Shown here: positions 7,796 through 17,311 of the stretch, one piece after another
How positions within the stretch are numbered: the first letter of the stretch is position 1
Layout of the letters: each line of letters opens with the position of its first letter
Source of the DNA: Roseibacillus sp.
GTDB lineage: Bacteria; Verrucomicrobiota; Verrucomicrobiia; Verrucomicrobiales; Akkermansiaceae
Assembly (NCBI GenBank): GCA_965242925.1
Contig: CBDEUM010000038.1
Coordinates: 288,001 to 352,000 of the forward strand
Direction: 5' to 3'
Length of the DNA: 64,000 nt
The notes under the pieces: model-generated
What the model saw: the letters and a program-made list of their open reading frames with translations, nothing else
The model's database searches: none
What the model was told of the DNA's origin: nothing
Program-made: the position numbers and the translations under genes

Positions 7796-9886
7796 TTATT
7801 TCCTCTTTAAGTCGCTGACTTTTTGACGGAGTGTCTCCAGTTTGCCTGCAAACTCAGGGTCATATTCCTTCAGTTGACGGGAAAGCCACGAGTCGGTTTC
7901 AAATTCACCGAGGAGGGTTTCCATTCGGCTGATCTTGCGCTCGATCTGGGCCTTGGCATCTCCCTTGTTCAGTTCCTGCTCGAGGGCTGGAAGATCTATC
8001 TGCATTTGTGCAATCTTGCGCTCGACTGCCTGGCGTTTGGCCTTTTCCCGCAAAACCTTGATTTTTTCCTCACTGGCCTGCTTGGCTTCCGGGGAATAGT
8101 TCATGCCCTCGGGAATGGGCCAGTTGTCAGTCCGGAAGGTCGGAACAGGGATGCGTTCGCGACCGACCAGATTGCCGGTGGGCCAGTTTGCCCAGCCATA
8201 GCGCGCAGCCACCGGTTCCTTTACGAGGTCACTGCTCAATTCAATGCACCATTTATTGTCTACCTTGGATTCGCGTGCCTTGGCCGGGTGCCAATGACGA
8301 TTGTCGCCTGCAATGATAAAGCCCTGGATCGGCGCCTTGCCTTCACGCGGCATCGGCAATACCTGCCAGGCGGCATTGTTCTCGATGTGCTTCCAGCGAT
8401 CATGGACAACCGGGTCCTGATCAAAGTAGAGCAAGAGCTTGCCGTCCTTCGTTTTCATTTCCGTGAAACGGTTTCCGCGGTGGACTACCTTTTTGTCATA
8501 GACGTTGGCCAGGGCCCAGAGTGAAGCGTATTCGGCCACCGGTAGTTTTTCAGCGGGGTGAATGTAGGAATTGCCGGTAGGATAAGTGGCAATCATGCCC
8601 GCATTCGGGTCGTCCTTGAGAGCGCGACGCTGGATGTCGCGAATAATGGCATAGCCTTCGGCAACAACGGCTACCTCGGGTTCAATCCCGAAAGTTCCCC
8701 AGCCGGGCTGGCTGATACAGCCGAAGGGTAGGGTGTCATCACCGAATGCCTTACGGAAGGAAAGCGGCACCTTCGGGAAGGTGGACTCATAGCGTGTCCA
8801 GCGCATGAAGTTGTTGTTCTCGCCCTGATAGTAGAGGACACCACGGAGGCCCAGTCGGCGAATGGGCATCACGGTCGCATTAAACAAGCCGGCTGGTGGA
8901 CTCCATCCGGCACGGGCATCGCCGGGTTTCTTGGGCAGTCGCAAACGGGGCTCTTTTTTTCCCTCAGCCCTGGCCCTGGCAACCCTGGGGCCGTGTTCCT
9001 TGCGCGCAGTATCACAGTCCTTTTCCCATTGTTCCATCAACCCGGCAACCTGTTTTGGGTCATCCCAGATGGCGGTCTGTGCATCGTGCTCGGCAAGCAC
9101 GGTTTTCATGAGGTCTCCCCCGATGCTGTCCAGTTCCTCGCGCAGGCACCATGTCTGGCCCAAGGTGCCTCCGCGGGCGACATTGATGATCCCGACAGGC
9201 ACCTTCAGGTAGCGGTGGAGGAAGGTGCCGTAAAGGTAGGGAACTGCAGAGAAACGAAGCGCGGTTTGAGGAGAGCATGCCTGCCATTGGATTTTTTTAC
9301 GCACGTCCGGAAGGGGCTTGTACCAGGAATCCTCCCATGCAATGTAGCGCAGTCCGGGAAAATCAGCGGAAGCAGCTTCACGGTCCTTGCGGTTGAAATT
9401 GCTCCAACCCATGTTGCTTTGCCCGGCGCAGAGCCAGATCTCCCCGATAAGCACATTCGCCACCACCGCCATCTGCGTCCCGGACTCGGCGATGAGCCAG
9501 GTGGGCTGGAAACTGGCCTTTGCGGAGGGGAACTGCACGCTCCAGCGACCATCTTTACCGGCCTGGGTCTTGAGGGTCCGGGTCTCCAGCCTTGGGGGAT
9601 TCTTTTCCACATACTGCATCGATACCGTGTAGCCGTCAGGGTCTTCGTCGGCATCGGAGTTCCCACCAGTCTTCTCCGCAGCCGACCTCCCAGCGGCGGC
9701 ATCCTGGGTCATGGTAATCTTCACTTCAGCATTCGGCTTGGTCCATCCCCACAGGGTGATGGGTTTCTGCTGCTGCAAGACCATGTGGTCACTGATGATC
9801 CTGGCGAAACGAAGGGCTTCCGCATCCTGCGCAGTAGCCTGCGAGGCAAGTGCCATTACGATAAAAATAGAGAAAATAAATTTCAT
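7796..9886 (-). CDS. Sialate O-acetylesterase (SASA/SGNH) family secreted esterase
   Basis: Signal peptide; ISDHMVLQQ, GEIWLCAGQSNM, FSAV, VPVGII, LFNATV, YYQGENN, IHP, ARYGW; C-terminal coiled coil. Confidence 0.85.
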   Translation of the reverse strand: MKFIFSIFIVMALASQATAQDAEALRFARIISDHMVLQQQKPITLWGWTKPNAEVKITMTQDAAAGRSAAEKTGGNSDADEDPDGYTVSMQYVEKNPPRLETRTLKTQAGKDGRWSVQFPSAKASFQPTWLIAESGTQMAVVANVLIGEIWLCAGQSNMGWSNFNRKDREAASADFPGLRYIAWEDSWYKPLPDVRKKIQWQACSPQTALRFSAVPYLYGTFLHRYLKVPVGIINVARGGTLGQTWCLREELDSIGGDLMKTVLAEHDAQTAIWDDPKQVAGLMEQWEKDCDTARKEHGPRVARARAEGKKEPRLRLPKKPGDARAGWSPPAGLFNATVMPIRRLGLRGVLYYQGENNNFMRWTRYESTFPKVPLSFRKAFGDDTLPFGCISQPGWGTFGIEPEVAVVAEGYAIIRDIQRRALKDDPNAGMIATYPTGNSYIHPAEKLPVAEYASLWALANVYDKKVVHRGNRFTEMKTKDGKLLLYFDQDPVVHDRWKHIENNAAWQVLPMPREGKAPIQGFIIAGDNRHWHPAKARESKVDNKWCIELSSDLVKEPVAARYGWANWPTGNLVGRERIPVPTFRTDNWPIPEGMNYSPEAKQASEEKIKVLREKAKRQAVERKIAQMQIDLPALEQELNKGDAKAQIERKISRMETLLGEFETDSWLSRQLKEYDPEFAGKLETLRQKVSDLKRK

Positions 9887-10086
9887 TTCTGTTCTGTTAG
9901 GATTGTCTGCAGGTTTGCGCGGTATTCGCGAACCGGTTTGGCGATTGGCCGTCGTGCAGCCTTTGTGCTGCTGCTGGGCACGCTCCTGGAAGTGGCATTT
10001 GTTTCAGGCGAGGCCTGGGGAGATTCCTCCTTCTTTCCGCAGCCGGCCACAAACAATCCAATGACAACTGGAATCAGCGCTTTCAT
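9883..10086 (-). CDS. Small (67 aa) predicted lipoprotein
   Basis: MKALIPVVIGLFVAG-C lipobox followed by a polar tail; its stop overlaps the esterase start (ATGA). Confidence 0.55.
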   Translation of the reverse strand: MKALIPVVIGLFVAGCGKKEESPQASPETNATSRSVPSSSTKAARRPIAKPVREYRANLQTILTEQK

Positions 10087-10198
10087 CGTTGATGAGAATC
10101 CTACCTCGGCGTTCTGATTCAGAGAAGCCCGGTGGGTTCTTACTTCGATCCCGTTGGTTTCGACAAATCGTCGGAGATAGAAGGTCGATCGCCTGTGC

Positions 10199-12994
10199 TT
10201 AGTCTTCGCCCGCGCTTTTCCGGGGGTCGGCGGCATTGTAGAGGTCCTGAACGTCCTGTTCGTTCAGTGCCCGGCCGAAAAGTGCGAACTCCGCGAGGGC
10301 GCCCTTCAGAGGGGCAAAGAAGTCGCTGCGGGCCCCGAGAAAGAAGTCCTTTGACTGGCCGGTGGTTGGTTTGATCTCCCCGTTGATTTCGAGGTGCCCA
10401 TTCAACCACGCCAGCACGCGTTGATCCTTCCTGACAAAGACGACATGATTCCATTTGCCCACCGGGATCACGGTCTTGCCGATAAGGACGTCGTCGGCTT
10501 CGTTGCCGTTGAAAACGAGGAGTTTCCCGGGATAGCTGTTTCGGTAGAGGCCCCCGATTCCCAAATGGTCGCCAGGGGCCTGCGGGTTTCCATGCGGACC
10601 GCGGGAAAAAAGGTAGGCTGTTACCGGACGAGTCCGGATTGGAAGGTCGTTCCGGAACCAGAAGGAGGCAGAGTATTCGGTGTCGAACGATGGAAGGGTT
10701 CCCCGCATCCGGCCGGCGTCGCACCCGGCCCGGGCCTCAGGGTTGAATCGAATCAGTCGTTCGACAGAGAGTCCTTCGGGCTTGTGATCGAGCTTGTGAT
10801 ACAGAAGGGGATTCTTGTCTCGGATGGCTGCCGTATGGTGGGTTGGCCACCCGGGGGGCAGGGTGCGGGCGGCGGCGATCCGCTCGACCTGCCTGCGTGC
10901 GGCTCGCTTCTTGGCGATCCCAGAACGTTCCCATAGTTTCCGGCAGTCGGGAGGCGTGAGGGCCCGGTCCCATACGGCGATTTCGTCCAGTTTGCCCTCC
11001 AGCCGTTCACCAAACCGGAGAGAAACCGGTTTCGATGGCGTGAACCTGGCCTCAAGTTCCGCCCGCAGTTCTCCATTGAGGTGGACTTGGAGCTGCTCCT
11101 TTGCCCGGACGAGGATAACCATGTTCCATTCGTCGGCGGGGAGGGAGGTTGATCCGTTGAGCTCGCCAAGGGACAACCGGCTCTTGTGATCAGCGCCCTG
11201 CCGGACAATGAGTTCCTGACCCGAGGGAAGGCGGACAAGGCAGCCCTCACGCTCAGAGGCGCCACTGCGCTCGCCCAGCCAGTACCACAAGGCCACCGTG
11301 AACTCCGATGGGAGCGGCAAGTCGGATTCGAGATGTCCGTCCACGAGGTGCATGGCCCGATTTATTCTCCCCCTCGCGTTGAGAGGAGAAGGGGTCAGGG
11401 CCTGCTCTTCGGCACAACCCGACCCGCTGCCGACTCCCGGCAGGTAGCGGGCAACTTTTCCATGAACGCGCAGGGCAGGGTGGTCGAGTTCGTGGTTGGC
11501 CCTGGCGGTTTGCCCCCCGAGGTCGTCGAGGGGCCAGTGGGCTCGCACACCCGTGTCCCGGTAGGCGTTGCTGGAGAGGACTTCAGCCTTTCTTGGTTTC
11601 CCCGCCACCTGCTCGAGTCCGCGAAGGAGGGTATCCACGATCCGGGATTCGGAGCTGATTTCGAGGCCGGCCGTCCGGGCGGGCCAGGTCGTGTATCCGC
11701 CGAGGGTGTGTTGTTCCCGCGGTGGGATGTAGCCTTCCGCGCCATTGGCGAGCTCGATGTTGATCTGACTCTCAAGGGGAGAGTGCACCTTCAATTTCAA
11801 CCCGGTGAGAGCGTAGACTTCATTGGGGAGAGTGGCGATGCCCAGGCCGCCGATGCGGATCGATTGCATCTTGAGCTCGGCCTTGGGACATTCGTGCAGG
11901 ATGGAGGCCTCCATGGCGTAGATGTCCTGCTGGGAGCGGGGGAGGGCGCCCTGCAGGCGGGTCAGGCGATCCCGGGCCCAGGCGAGGCGTTGTTCTTCGG
12001 GACGGCGCCAGTCGAGGACGAGTTTCTGTTCAACCATCCCGAGGGGCAGATGGTCGTGCCACCGGATTGCTCGATAAGCGCGCATGGCATATTGAGCGAC
12101 CTCGGCTGAATACTGATCCATGGTCTGTCTTCCGCGCGCAGCGCCGTAGTCCATCCACATCAGGTCTCCGCTCGTGCCCTGCGAGATCATGGCCACGAAG
12201 GGGCCCTCACTGGAAGGTTGGCCCAGGTTGTGCGCGATGTGCCGGCAGAAGGCTCCGAAGTAGTCTGCGGAGAGGAGCCCGGATCCATAATAGTGTTGCG
12301 AATAGTTGGCGAAGAGGGCGAGCGGCCTGCCGTGGGGGGTTTGCACAGCGAAGAGGCTCAGTTCTGGATCCACCGGGCCGGAGGGTCCGATCACGTTTGA
12401 ACTGAGGTGTCCGGGATGCATGTTGGCGTGAATGTTCCGCACTCCGAAGGGATCGGTTCCGGTGCGATCCAGTCGGAAGATCCAGCGCCGGTTGTGGGTG
12501 TGCTCCCAGTCGTCAATGGAGGCCCACCCGATGCGGGCGGGTTCGAGTCTGTTCAGAGCCTCGATCATGCACTCCGCGATCTTGCCGGGGAGCCATTTCG
12601 CGTAGTCCGGGTCCATCCGGCTCCCGAGGCACCCCATCGCGGCGGGGGCGCTGTGGGTGTGGGTGGCGGAGACCATCATCCTGGCAGTGGATAGCCCGGT
12701 CTTCCGGTGAACCTCTTCCTTTGCCTTGTCGATCAACTCCCGCGGCACCATGCAGGTGTCGACCACGCAGAAGATGATCTTTGTTTCGCCGTCATCCAGG
12801 GCGACGCTGCGGGCAAAGAGGGGATCGAGGACGCGGGTGGCCGAGCGCTCGGTGAACATCCCGTTGACCCGGACCGGATAAGCGGGCGGAGAAATGTCGA
12901 CCGCGGACGAGCCGGCCTGGAATTCCTGTTTTGCCCACACGCTGCCGAACAGAAGAACCCCGACGAGGGCTCGTCTCATCATGGATGAAACCAT
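10199..12994 (-). CDS. Neutral/alkaline ceramidase-like N-terminal domain fused to LamG-like domains
   Basis: Signal peptide; VDISP, DPLFAR, SATHTHSAP, LFANYSQHY, QGTSGD, ELANG-GYIP; two C-terminal LamG-like segments (WNHVVFV, LDEIAVWDRAL). Confidence 0.75.
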   Translation of the reverse strand: MVSSMMRRALVGVLLFGSVWAKQEFQAGSSAVDISPPAYPVRVNGMFTERSATRVLDPLFARSVALDDGETKIIFCVVDTCMVPRELIDKAKEEVHRKTGLSTARMMVSATHTHSAPAAMGCLGSRMDPDYAKWLPGKIAECMIEALNRLEPARIGWASIDDWEHTHNRRWIFRLDRTGTDPFGVRNIHANMHPGHLSSNVIGPSGPVDPELSLFAVQTPHGRPLALFANYSQHYYGSGLLSADYFGAFCRHIAHNLGQPSSEGPFVAMISQGTSGDLMWMDYGAARGRQTMDQYSAEVAQYAMRAYRAIRWHDHLPLGMVEQKLVLDWRRPEEQRLAWARDRLTRLQGALPRSQQDIYAMEASILHECPKAELKMQSIRIGGLGIATLPNEVYALTGLKLKVHSPLESQINIELANGAEGYIPPREQHTLGGYTTWPARTAGLEISSESRIVDTLLRGLEQVAGKPRKAEVLSSNAYRDTGVRAHWPLDDLGGQTARANHELDHPALRVHGKVARYLPGVGSGSGCAEEQALTPSPLNARGRINRAMHLVDGHLESDLPLPSEFTVALWYWLGERSGASEREGCLVRLPSGQELIVRQGADHKSRLSLGELNGSTSLPADEWNMVILVRAKEQLQVHLNGELRAELEARFTPSKPVSLRFGERLEGKLDEIAVWDRALTPPDCRKLWERSGIAKKRAARRQVERIAAARTLPPGWPTHHTAAIRDKNPLLYHKLDHKPEGLSVERLIRFNPEARAGCDAGRMRGTLPSFDTEYSASFWFRNDLPIRTRPVTAYLFSRGPHGNPQAPGDHLGIGGLYRNSYPGKLLVFNGNEADDVLIGKTVIPVGKWNHVVFVRKDQRVLAWLNGHLEINGEIKPTTGQSKDFFLGARSDFFAPLKGALAEFALFGRALNEQDVQDLYNAADPRKSAGED

Positions 12995-13134
12995 GACAGA
13001 GCTTATGCCCCGCCCCCATTCGAGCCAATGTCGAATGTCCGGACTTTCCGGGGTGGGGGGAAGCGGTGATGAGCCGACTTTTTACAACCTGCTCAAGCAG
13101 GTGGTCGCTGGAATGTAAAAGGTGTCGCTCGGCC

Positions 13135-14682
13135 TCAATCCTTGAGGAGGGTGAGATCCTGGGAGGGCTTCGGGTACTTCTTTTTGGCAATGTAAGCCTT
13201 GGTTTCGGCAACCATTTCTTCTGTTACCACGAAATGATAGTTCCGGTAGTCCTTGAGCTTGATCTCTCCGATGTAGAAGAAGCCCCACTTCTCGAAGAAG
13301 TCGGTGAGGTCCACCTGTCCGACGTCACAGCAGATCCGGATAAACTGGAACTGGTTCCGGATGGAGTCGTTTCCCCGTCCGGCATCGGGACGGTTGCGCA
13401 TCTCCTCCATGACATCGGGATAAAAGTCGGGCTTGCCATTGCGAAGGAAGTAGAGGTGCAACTGCCAGAGGGGAACGAGGCGATTGAATACATCAGGATC
13501 CTGCAGGTAGGAGATCCGGGGATCTGACTCGATGATCTTCTGGCGGGCCTTGGCGTAATTCTTCTGCCCGGTCAACCGACTCTCGTTCCCCATCTTTCCG
13601 CGGGTGTACATCGAGAAGATATTGCAACTCACCTCGGTCATGCCTCCCCAGGTGATCTGGGGGCGCAGTTGCAGCACGTGACCCGCTTCATGGCAGAAGC
13701 CCCAGCAGGGATCTCCCTTGGTGACCACGTCCGGGTTCGCAACCATGCGCATGGTGCCCTTGTTCCCGAAGTAGGCGACGCCATCGCGATCCCGGAACAT
13801 GTAGTAGTTGTAGTTCACACGTGCCAGGATCCGGTTGGGCGGAATCTTCTTGTACTTCACCAGTCCCAGCACGGTGTAGTGATGACGCAGCATGATGTCG
13901 TAATTGTTGATCAACTCCACGCCCTTGCCGCGGGTGTGGACCTTGAACCACTCCACGGGGTAGGCGACCTGGATGTGTTTGCCGCGGGCATCGAGGATTG
14001 GGCTCACCGCATTGTCGAGGAGGCGGTTCCAATCGTCGTTGTCATGCCTGGCGACATCAAAGTAGCCATTGACTTCTCCGGTGGGAAAATGGACCGGCAC
14101 GGCCGGGGCTTTTTCCGGATGATCGTCGTAGTAGCTGAGGTAGACGAGACCGCCTTTTTCAACCTCGATGACATTCACTCCGGGTTGGAGACCGATCACT
14201 TGGCGTTTCAGGCCCCATCCGTTCGGGTCCTTGGAGGGCTCAATCCCGGGAGCGGGCTTGCGCATCCAGTCAGGTACGAGAAGGGAGAGTTTCCGGCCTC
14301 CAGAATCACCCGCCAGGACCACATGCTCTCCTTTGCCCAGATGAATTCCGGTGATGTTTTCGTAGCGACTGAAACCGTCCCCGAGTTTGATGGTGCGTTG
14401 CAGGGCCTGGGGAGAGGGGTAGGCCCTGTAGGTGGTGGCTCGATAGGTTGCGTCGTAGTTGCCGCCGAGAAGTTGCCCGGCCACATTCTTCAGCAGTTTG
14501 CTCCTGAACTGGGTCAGATCCTTCTTCTGCACCTCCTTCTTCAACTTCCGGCAGCTCTTGTCCGTAAAAAAGGAGGTGTCGGCCCTGAGGGCCTCGGCAT
14601 TCTGGGCGGCTCCGGACGGGAGTGCCCCGAGGGCCAGGAGAGCGAGCAGGAATAACGAACCAGTTGATCTTCGGGAGGGCAT
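13135..14682 (-). CDS. M60-family (enhancin-like) zinc metallopeptidase, secreted
   Basis: Signal peptide; YENITGI, WGFCHEAGH (HExxH), WGGMTEVSCNIFS, LVPLWQL, DLTDFFEKWGF. Confidence 0.9.
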   Translation of the reverse strand: MPSRRSTGSLFLLALLALGALPSGAAQNAEALRADTSFFTDKSCRKLKKEVQKKDLTQFRSKLLKNVAGQLLGGNYDATYRATTYRAYPSPQALQRTIKLGDGFSRYENITGIHLGKGEHVVLAGDSGGRKLSLLVPDWMRKPAPGIEPSKDPNGWGLKRQVIGLQPGVNVIEVEKGGLVYLSYYDDHPEKAPAVPVHFPTGEVNGYFDVARHDNDDWNRLLDNAVSPILDARGKHIQVAYPVEWFKVHTRGKGVELINNYDIMLRHHYTVLGLVKYKKIPPNRILARVNYNYYMFRDRDGVAYFGNKGTMRMVANPDVVTKGDPCWGFCHEAGHVLQLRPQITWGGMTEVSCNIFSMYTRGKMGNESRLTGQKNYAKARQKIIESDPRISYLQDPDVFNRLVPLWQLHLYFLRNGKPDFYPDVMEEMRNRPDAGRGNDSIRNQFQFIRICCDVGQVDLTDFFEKWGFFYIGEIKLKDYRNYHFVVTEEMVAETKAYIAKKKYPKPSQDLTLLKD

Positions 14683-14745
14683 GACGCAGCGTTCCCAGTC
14701 GAGCCTTCGTAGTCAATACACGAAGCCCGGGAAGCGGTGGTTTTA

Positions 14746-16338
14746 TCAGTTGGCCTTTACGAGAACGTTGTCGAGGTAGAAGCCGGCGAAGCTTTGGGGA
14801 ATCGACTCGTTGCTGACGAAGCGAAATTCGATCCGGACCTTTTTCCCGTTGGCGGAAGTGGGCAGGAGGACGGGATCCGAGGCATCCCAGACGGCGTCGT
14901 TCCACTCAATGGCACTCACGAACTCCTCGATCAGGGCATCATTGTTGTCCGCGTCAAGCACCCGGATTGAGGCGGCGTCACCATCACCTTCCGTGTCCCG
15001 CCATTGATGATAGGTGAGGGTCGCTCCACTTGCTGGAACGGAGATGACGGGAGTGATGAGGGCAATGTCCTGTGAACTGGTGTAATCGCCGGCGATATTG
15101 GTTCCCACGCAATAGGGGATACTGTGGGCGGCAAGGGGTCCGAACAGAGTGTCAGTGGGAACGCCAATCTCCCAGGCGGTGGTGTCCGCTCCGGTAGTTG
15201 TCCAACCTGGTGGGAGAGCGGCGGCGCCATCGAAGTCTTCACTCAGCAAGGTGCCGGCGACCTCTTCCACAATGGCGAAAAAGCGCCGTGGGCCGACGAG
15301 GTTTACTCCAGTTAAAGTGTTGCTGCCCGTGCCTGATTCGGGAATGTTCTGAAAGAGATTCACCCCATCGTCATAGGTCGGCCAGGCGGAGGGAGAGGTC
15401 GTGAGGTCCGTGCTGCTGACGAGATCGTACTGTTTGTCAGCCTGGCTATTCCAGGAGAAGTCAAGGAGTCCGTTGCTCCGGGTAACCTTCAGGAGGATCT
15501 GGCCGGCGGGTGCTCCATTGCCAGGGCCGGGGAGATAGCCGAATGAAGTCACGGGTCCCTGCGAATCGTCGACCGTAGTGTTGTGATAGGTGGACCAACC
15601 GAAGGCATCATCAGCGGGAGGATTGGGACTCTCAATGATGAAGGTTCCGCAGAGGCCAGCGAAGGAGAAGGGGTTCATTCCATTTCCGATCAACTGGGCG
15701 TTGTGATTCTTCTCAAATTGCCACACCGCAGTTCCGTCGGAAAGGGCGAGGGAATCATCGGTGCGGGAGGGAGGGCCCCAGAAAAAGACGGTGGGTTGGA
15801 ACGTCCAGTAACCCGGGACATTGTAGTCGATGGGGTCGTGGAATTGATTGAGGATGGGGTCCGGGTGTCCGTTGGTAAGGAGCCAGGCGCCGCCTACGCC
15901 GTGGGAGGGGCTGTTCTGCCAATCGCGATGATTGGCCCAGCCGTCCAGCCCCTTGTAAGCCATGGGGCTGCCCCACCAGTGCTCGAGGACGTCTTCGGCC
16001 CCGGTCTCGGTATAGTTTCTGGCCGCCATGTTCGTAATGGTATCGGCGTTGCTGACCCAGAAGGAGACATCGCGGGTCCATGACTTGTTTCCAGTTACGA
16101 GGTCATACCAGTACTGGTAGTCTCCATCGGGAGCCATGGTGAAACCAAGAAACTCAATGCGTGCCACCGAACGGTGGTTCGAGTCGGAGGGATCGTATTT
16201 GATGGAGTTGGTCCCCTCCAGGGCCATGACCTCGTCCAACAAGGGAAGGGCATGGGATTGTTGTCCGCTGGCAAGAAAAAGGCAGGTCATGAGGACGGCC
16301 GTAGCCAGAAGGGAGGGACGGCAGGGTCTGGCAGGCAT
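14746..16338 (-). CDS. Secreted multidomain hypothetical protein
   Basis: Signal peptide from MPARPC; W/Y/N/D-rich N-domain; Verrucomicrobia-type beta module (FSWNS...YDLVSSTDL...RRFFAIVEE); C-terminal MAM/adhesin-like domain (EDFD...GWT...GFYLDNV). Confidence 0.7.
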   Translation of the reverse strand: MPARPCRPSLLATAVLMTCLFLASGQQSHALPLLDEVMALEGTNSIKYDPSDSNHRSVARIEFLGFTMAPDGDYQYWYDLVTGNKSWTRDVSFWVSNADTITNMAARNYTETGAEDVLEHWWGSPMAYKGLDGWANHRDWQNSPSHGVGGAWLLTNGHPDPILNQFHDPIDYNVPGYWTFQPTVFFWGPPSRTDDSLALSDGTAVWQFEKNHNAQLIGNGMNPFSFAGLCGTFIIESPNPPADDAFGWSTYHNTTVDDSQGPVTSFGYLPGPGNGAPAGQILLKVTRSNGLLDFSWNSQADKQYDLVSSTDLTTSPSAWPTYDDGVNLFQNIPESGTGSNTLTGVNLVGPRRFFAIVEEVAGTLLSEDFDGAAALPPGWTTTGADTTAWEIGVPTDTLFGPLAAHSIPYCVGTNIAGDYTSSQDIALITPVISVPASGATLTYHQWRDTEGDGDAASIRVLDADNNDALIEEFVSAIEWNDAVWDASDPVLLPTSANGKKVRIEFRFVSNESIPQSFAGFYLDNVLVKAN

Positions 16339-16598
16339 ATTCCAGCAGTTTAGGCCGAGCCCGGCAGTACTCAATCTGAAGAGCACAGAAAAATCCCGGG
16401 CATCCCGGGAAGCAGCAGATTGTCCCTCAGCCTGTTCCCCGTGGTAGGGGAGGGGAGTGGGACCGGAAGGCTTTAATGAGGGACTTTTATAAACCTTCAC
16501 TTTTCAGAAATAATGGGCAGGATATTACGTATCTACAGAGGATGCGAGCCCGTTGAGGGCAATCTCGACAGCTCTTTAGATCACCCACCCATCAAATA

Positions 16599-17054
16599 AT
16601 GAATATGAGAATGACCAAAGGAATAAATTTGCCCGCTGCTTTGCTCTTCAGTTTGTTGGTCCCTTTCCTGACGGCGTCCCTTGCCGCCGCCGAGGTTGAC
16701 GAGACTCCGCTTGAGAAGGAAATGGCGACAATCAGCACGGCCTACAAGCAGTTGGGTCGGCAGGCCCGCAGGGAGGCTTACGACTTTGCGCGACTTACCC
16801 CTCTTTTCACGAAGGCGAAAGCAGCGGTGGAGAAGAGCGTGTCTCTGGTGCCGGCGAAGATCGAGAAGATGACCGGAGCAGAAAAGGAGAAAGCCTTGGA
16901 AGGTTACAAGAAGGGAATGGCAGCACTACTGGGAGAAATCGATGCGGTGCTGACCAGTTGCAAGGCCAAGGACGGGACCAAGCTCAAGGCGGCCTATGAG
17001 AAGCTCAAGGAGATGAAGAAAACGGGGCACGAGGAACACATCGACGACGAGTAG
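16599..17054 (+). CDS. Cytochrome b562-like four-helix-bundle protein
   Basis: Signal peptide; all-helical Lys-rich body; candidate heme ligands Met (LEKEMATI) and His (KKTGHEEH). Confidence 0.75.
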   Translation: MNMRMTKGINLPAALLFSLLVPFLTASLAAAEVDETPLEKEMATISTAYKQLGRQARREAYDFARLTPLFTKAKAAVEKSVSLVPAKIEKMTGAEKEKALEGYKKGMAALLGEIDAVLTSCKAKDGTKLKAAYEKLKEMKKTGHEEHIDDE

Positions 17055-17084
17055 TCCGGCCCCTCTATTCTACAAAACAATCTC

Positions 17085-17121
17085 GGGTCAGGTTTCCTTC
17101 GGGAAGCCTGGCCCTTTTTTT
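17085..17121 (+). terminator. Intrinsic terminator
   Basis: GGGTCAGGTTTCC-TTCG-GGAAGCCTGGCCC followed by T7. Confidence 0.9.
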
Positions 17122-17311
17122 GTGATGATGGAGACTGCCCATCCCTGCCCCGATTCCTCACGGGACCAGCGTGGATGGTTGCCTCTGGGAGGTTGCGGGT
17201 GAATCTGGTGACAGGAAGGACGGTCAGGCACCCCGGTGACAGCGGGGAGGCCTTCATTCCAGGAGGAGGGCAGTCGCTATCTCCCGATTCGCGGCGAGGC
17301 CAATTTCAAGA

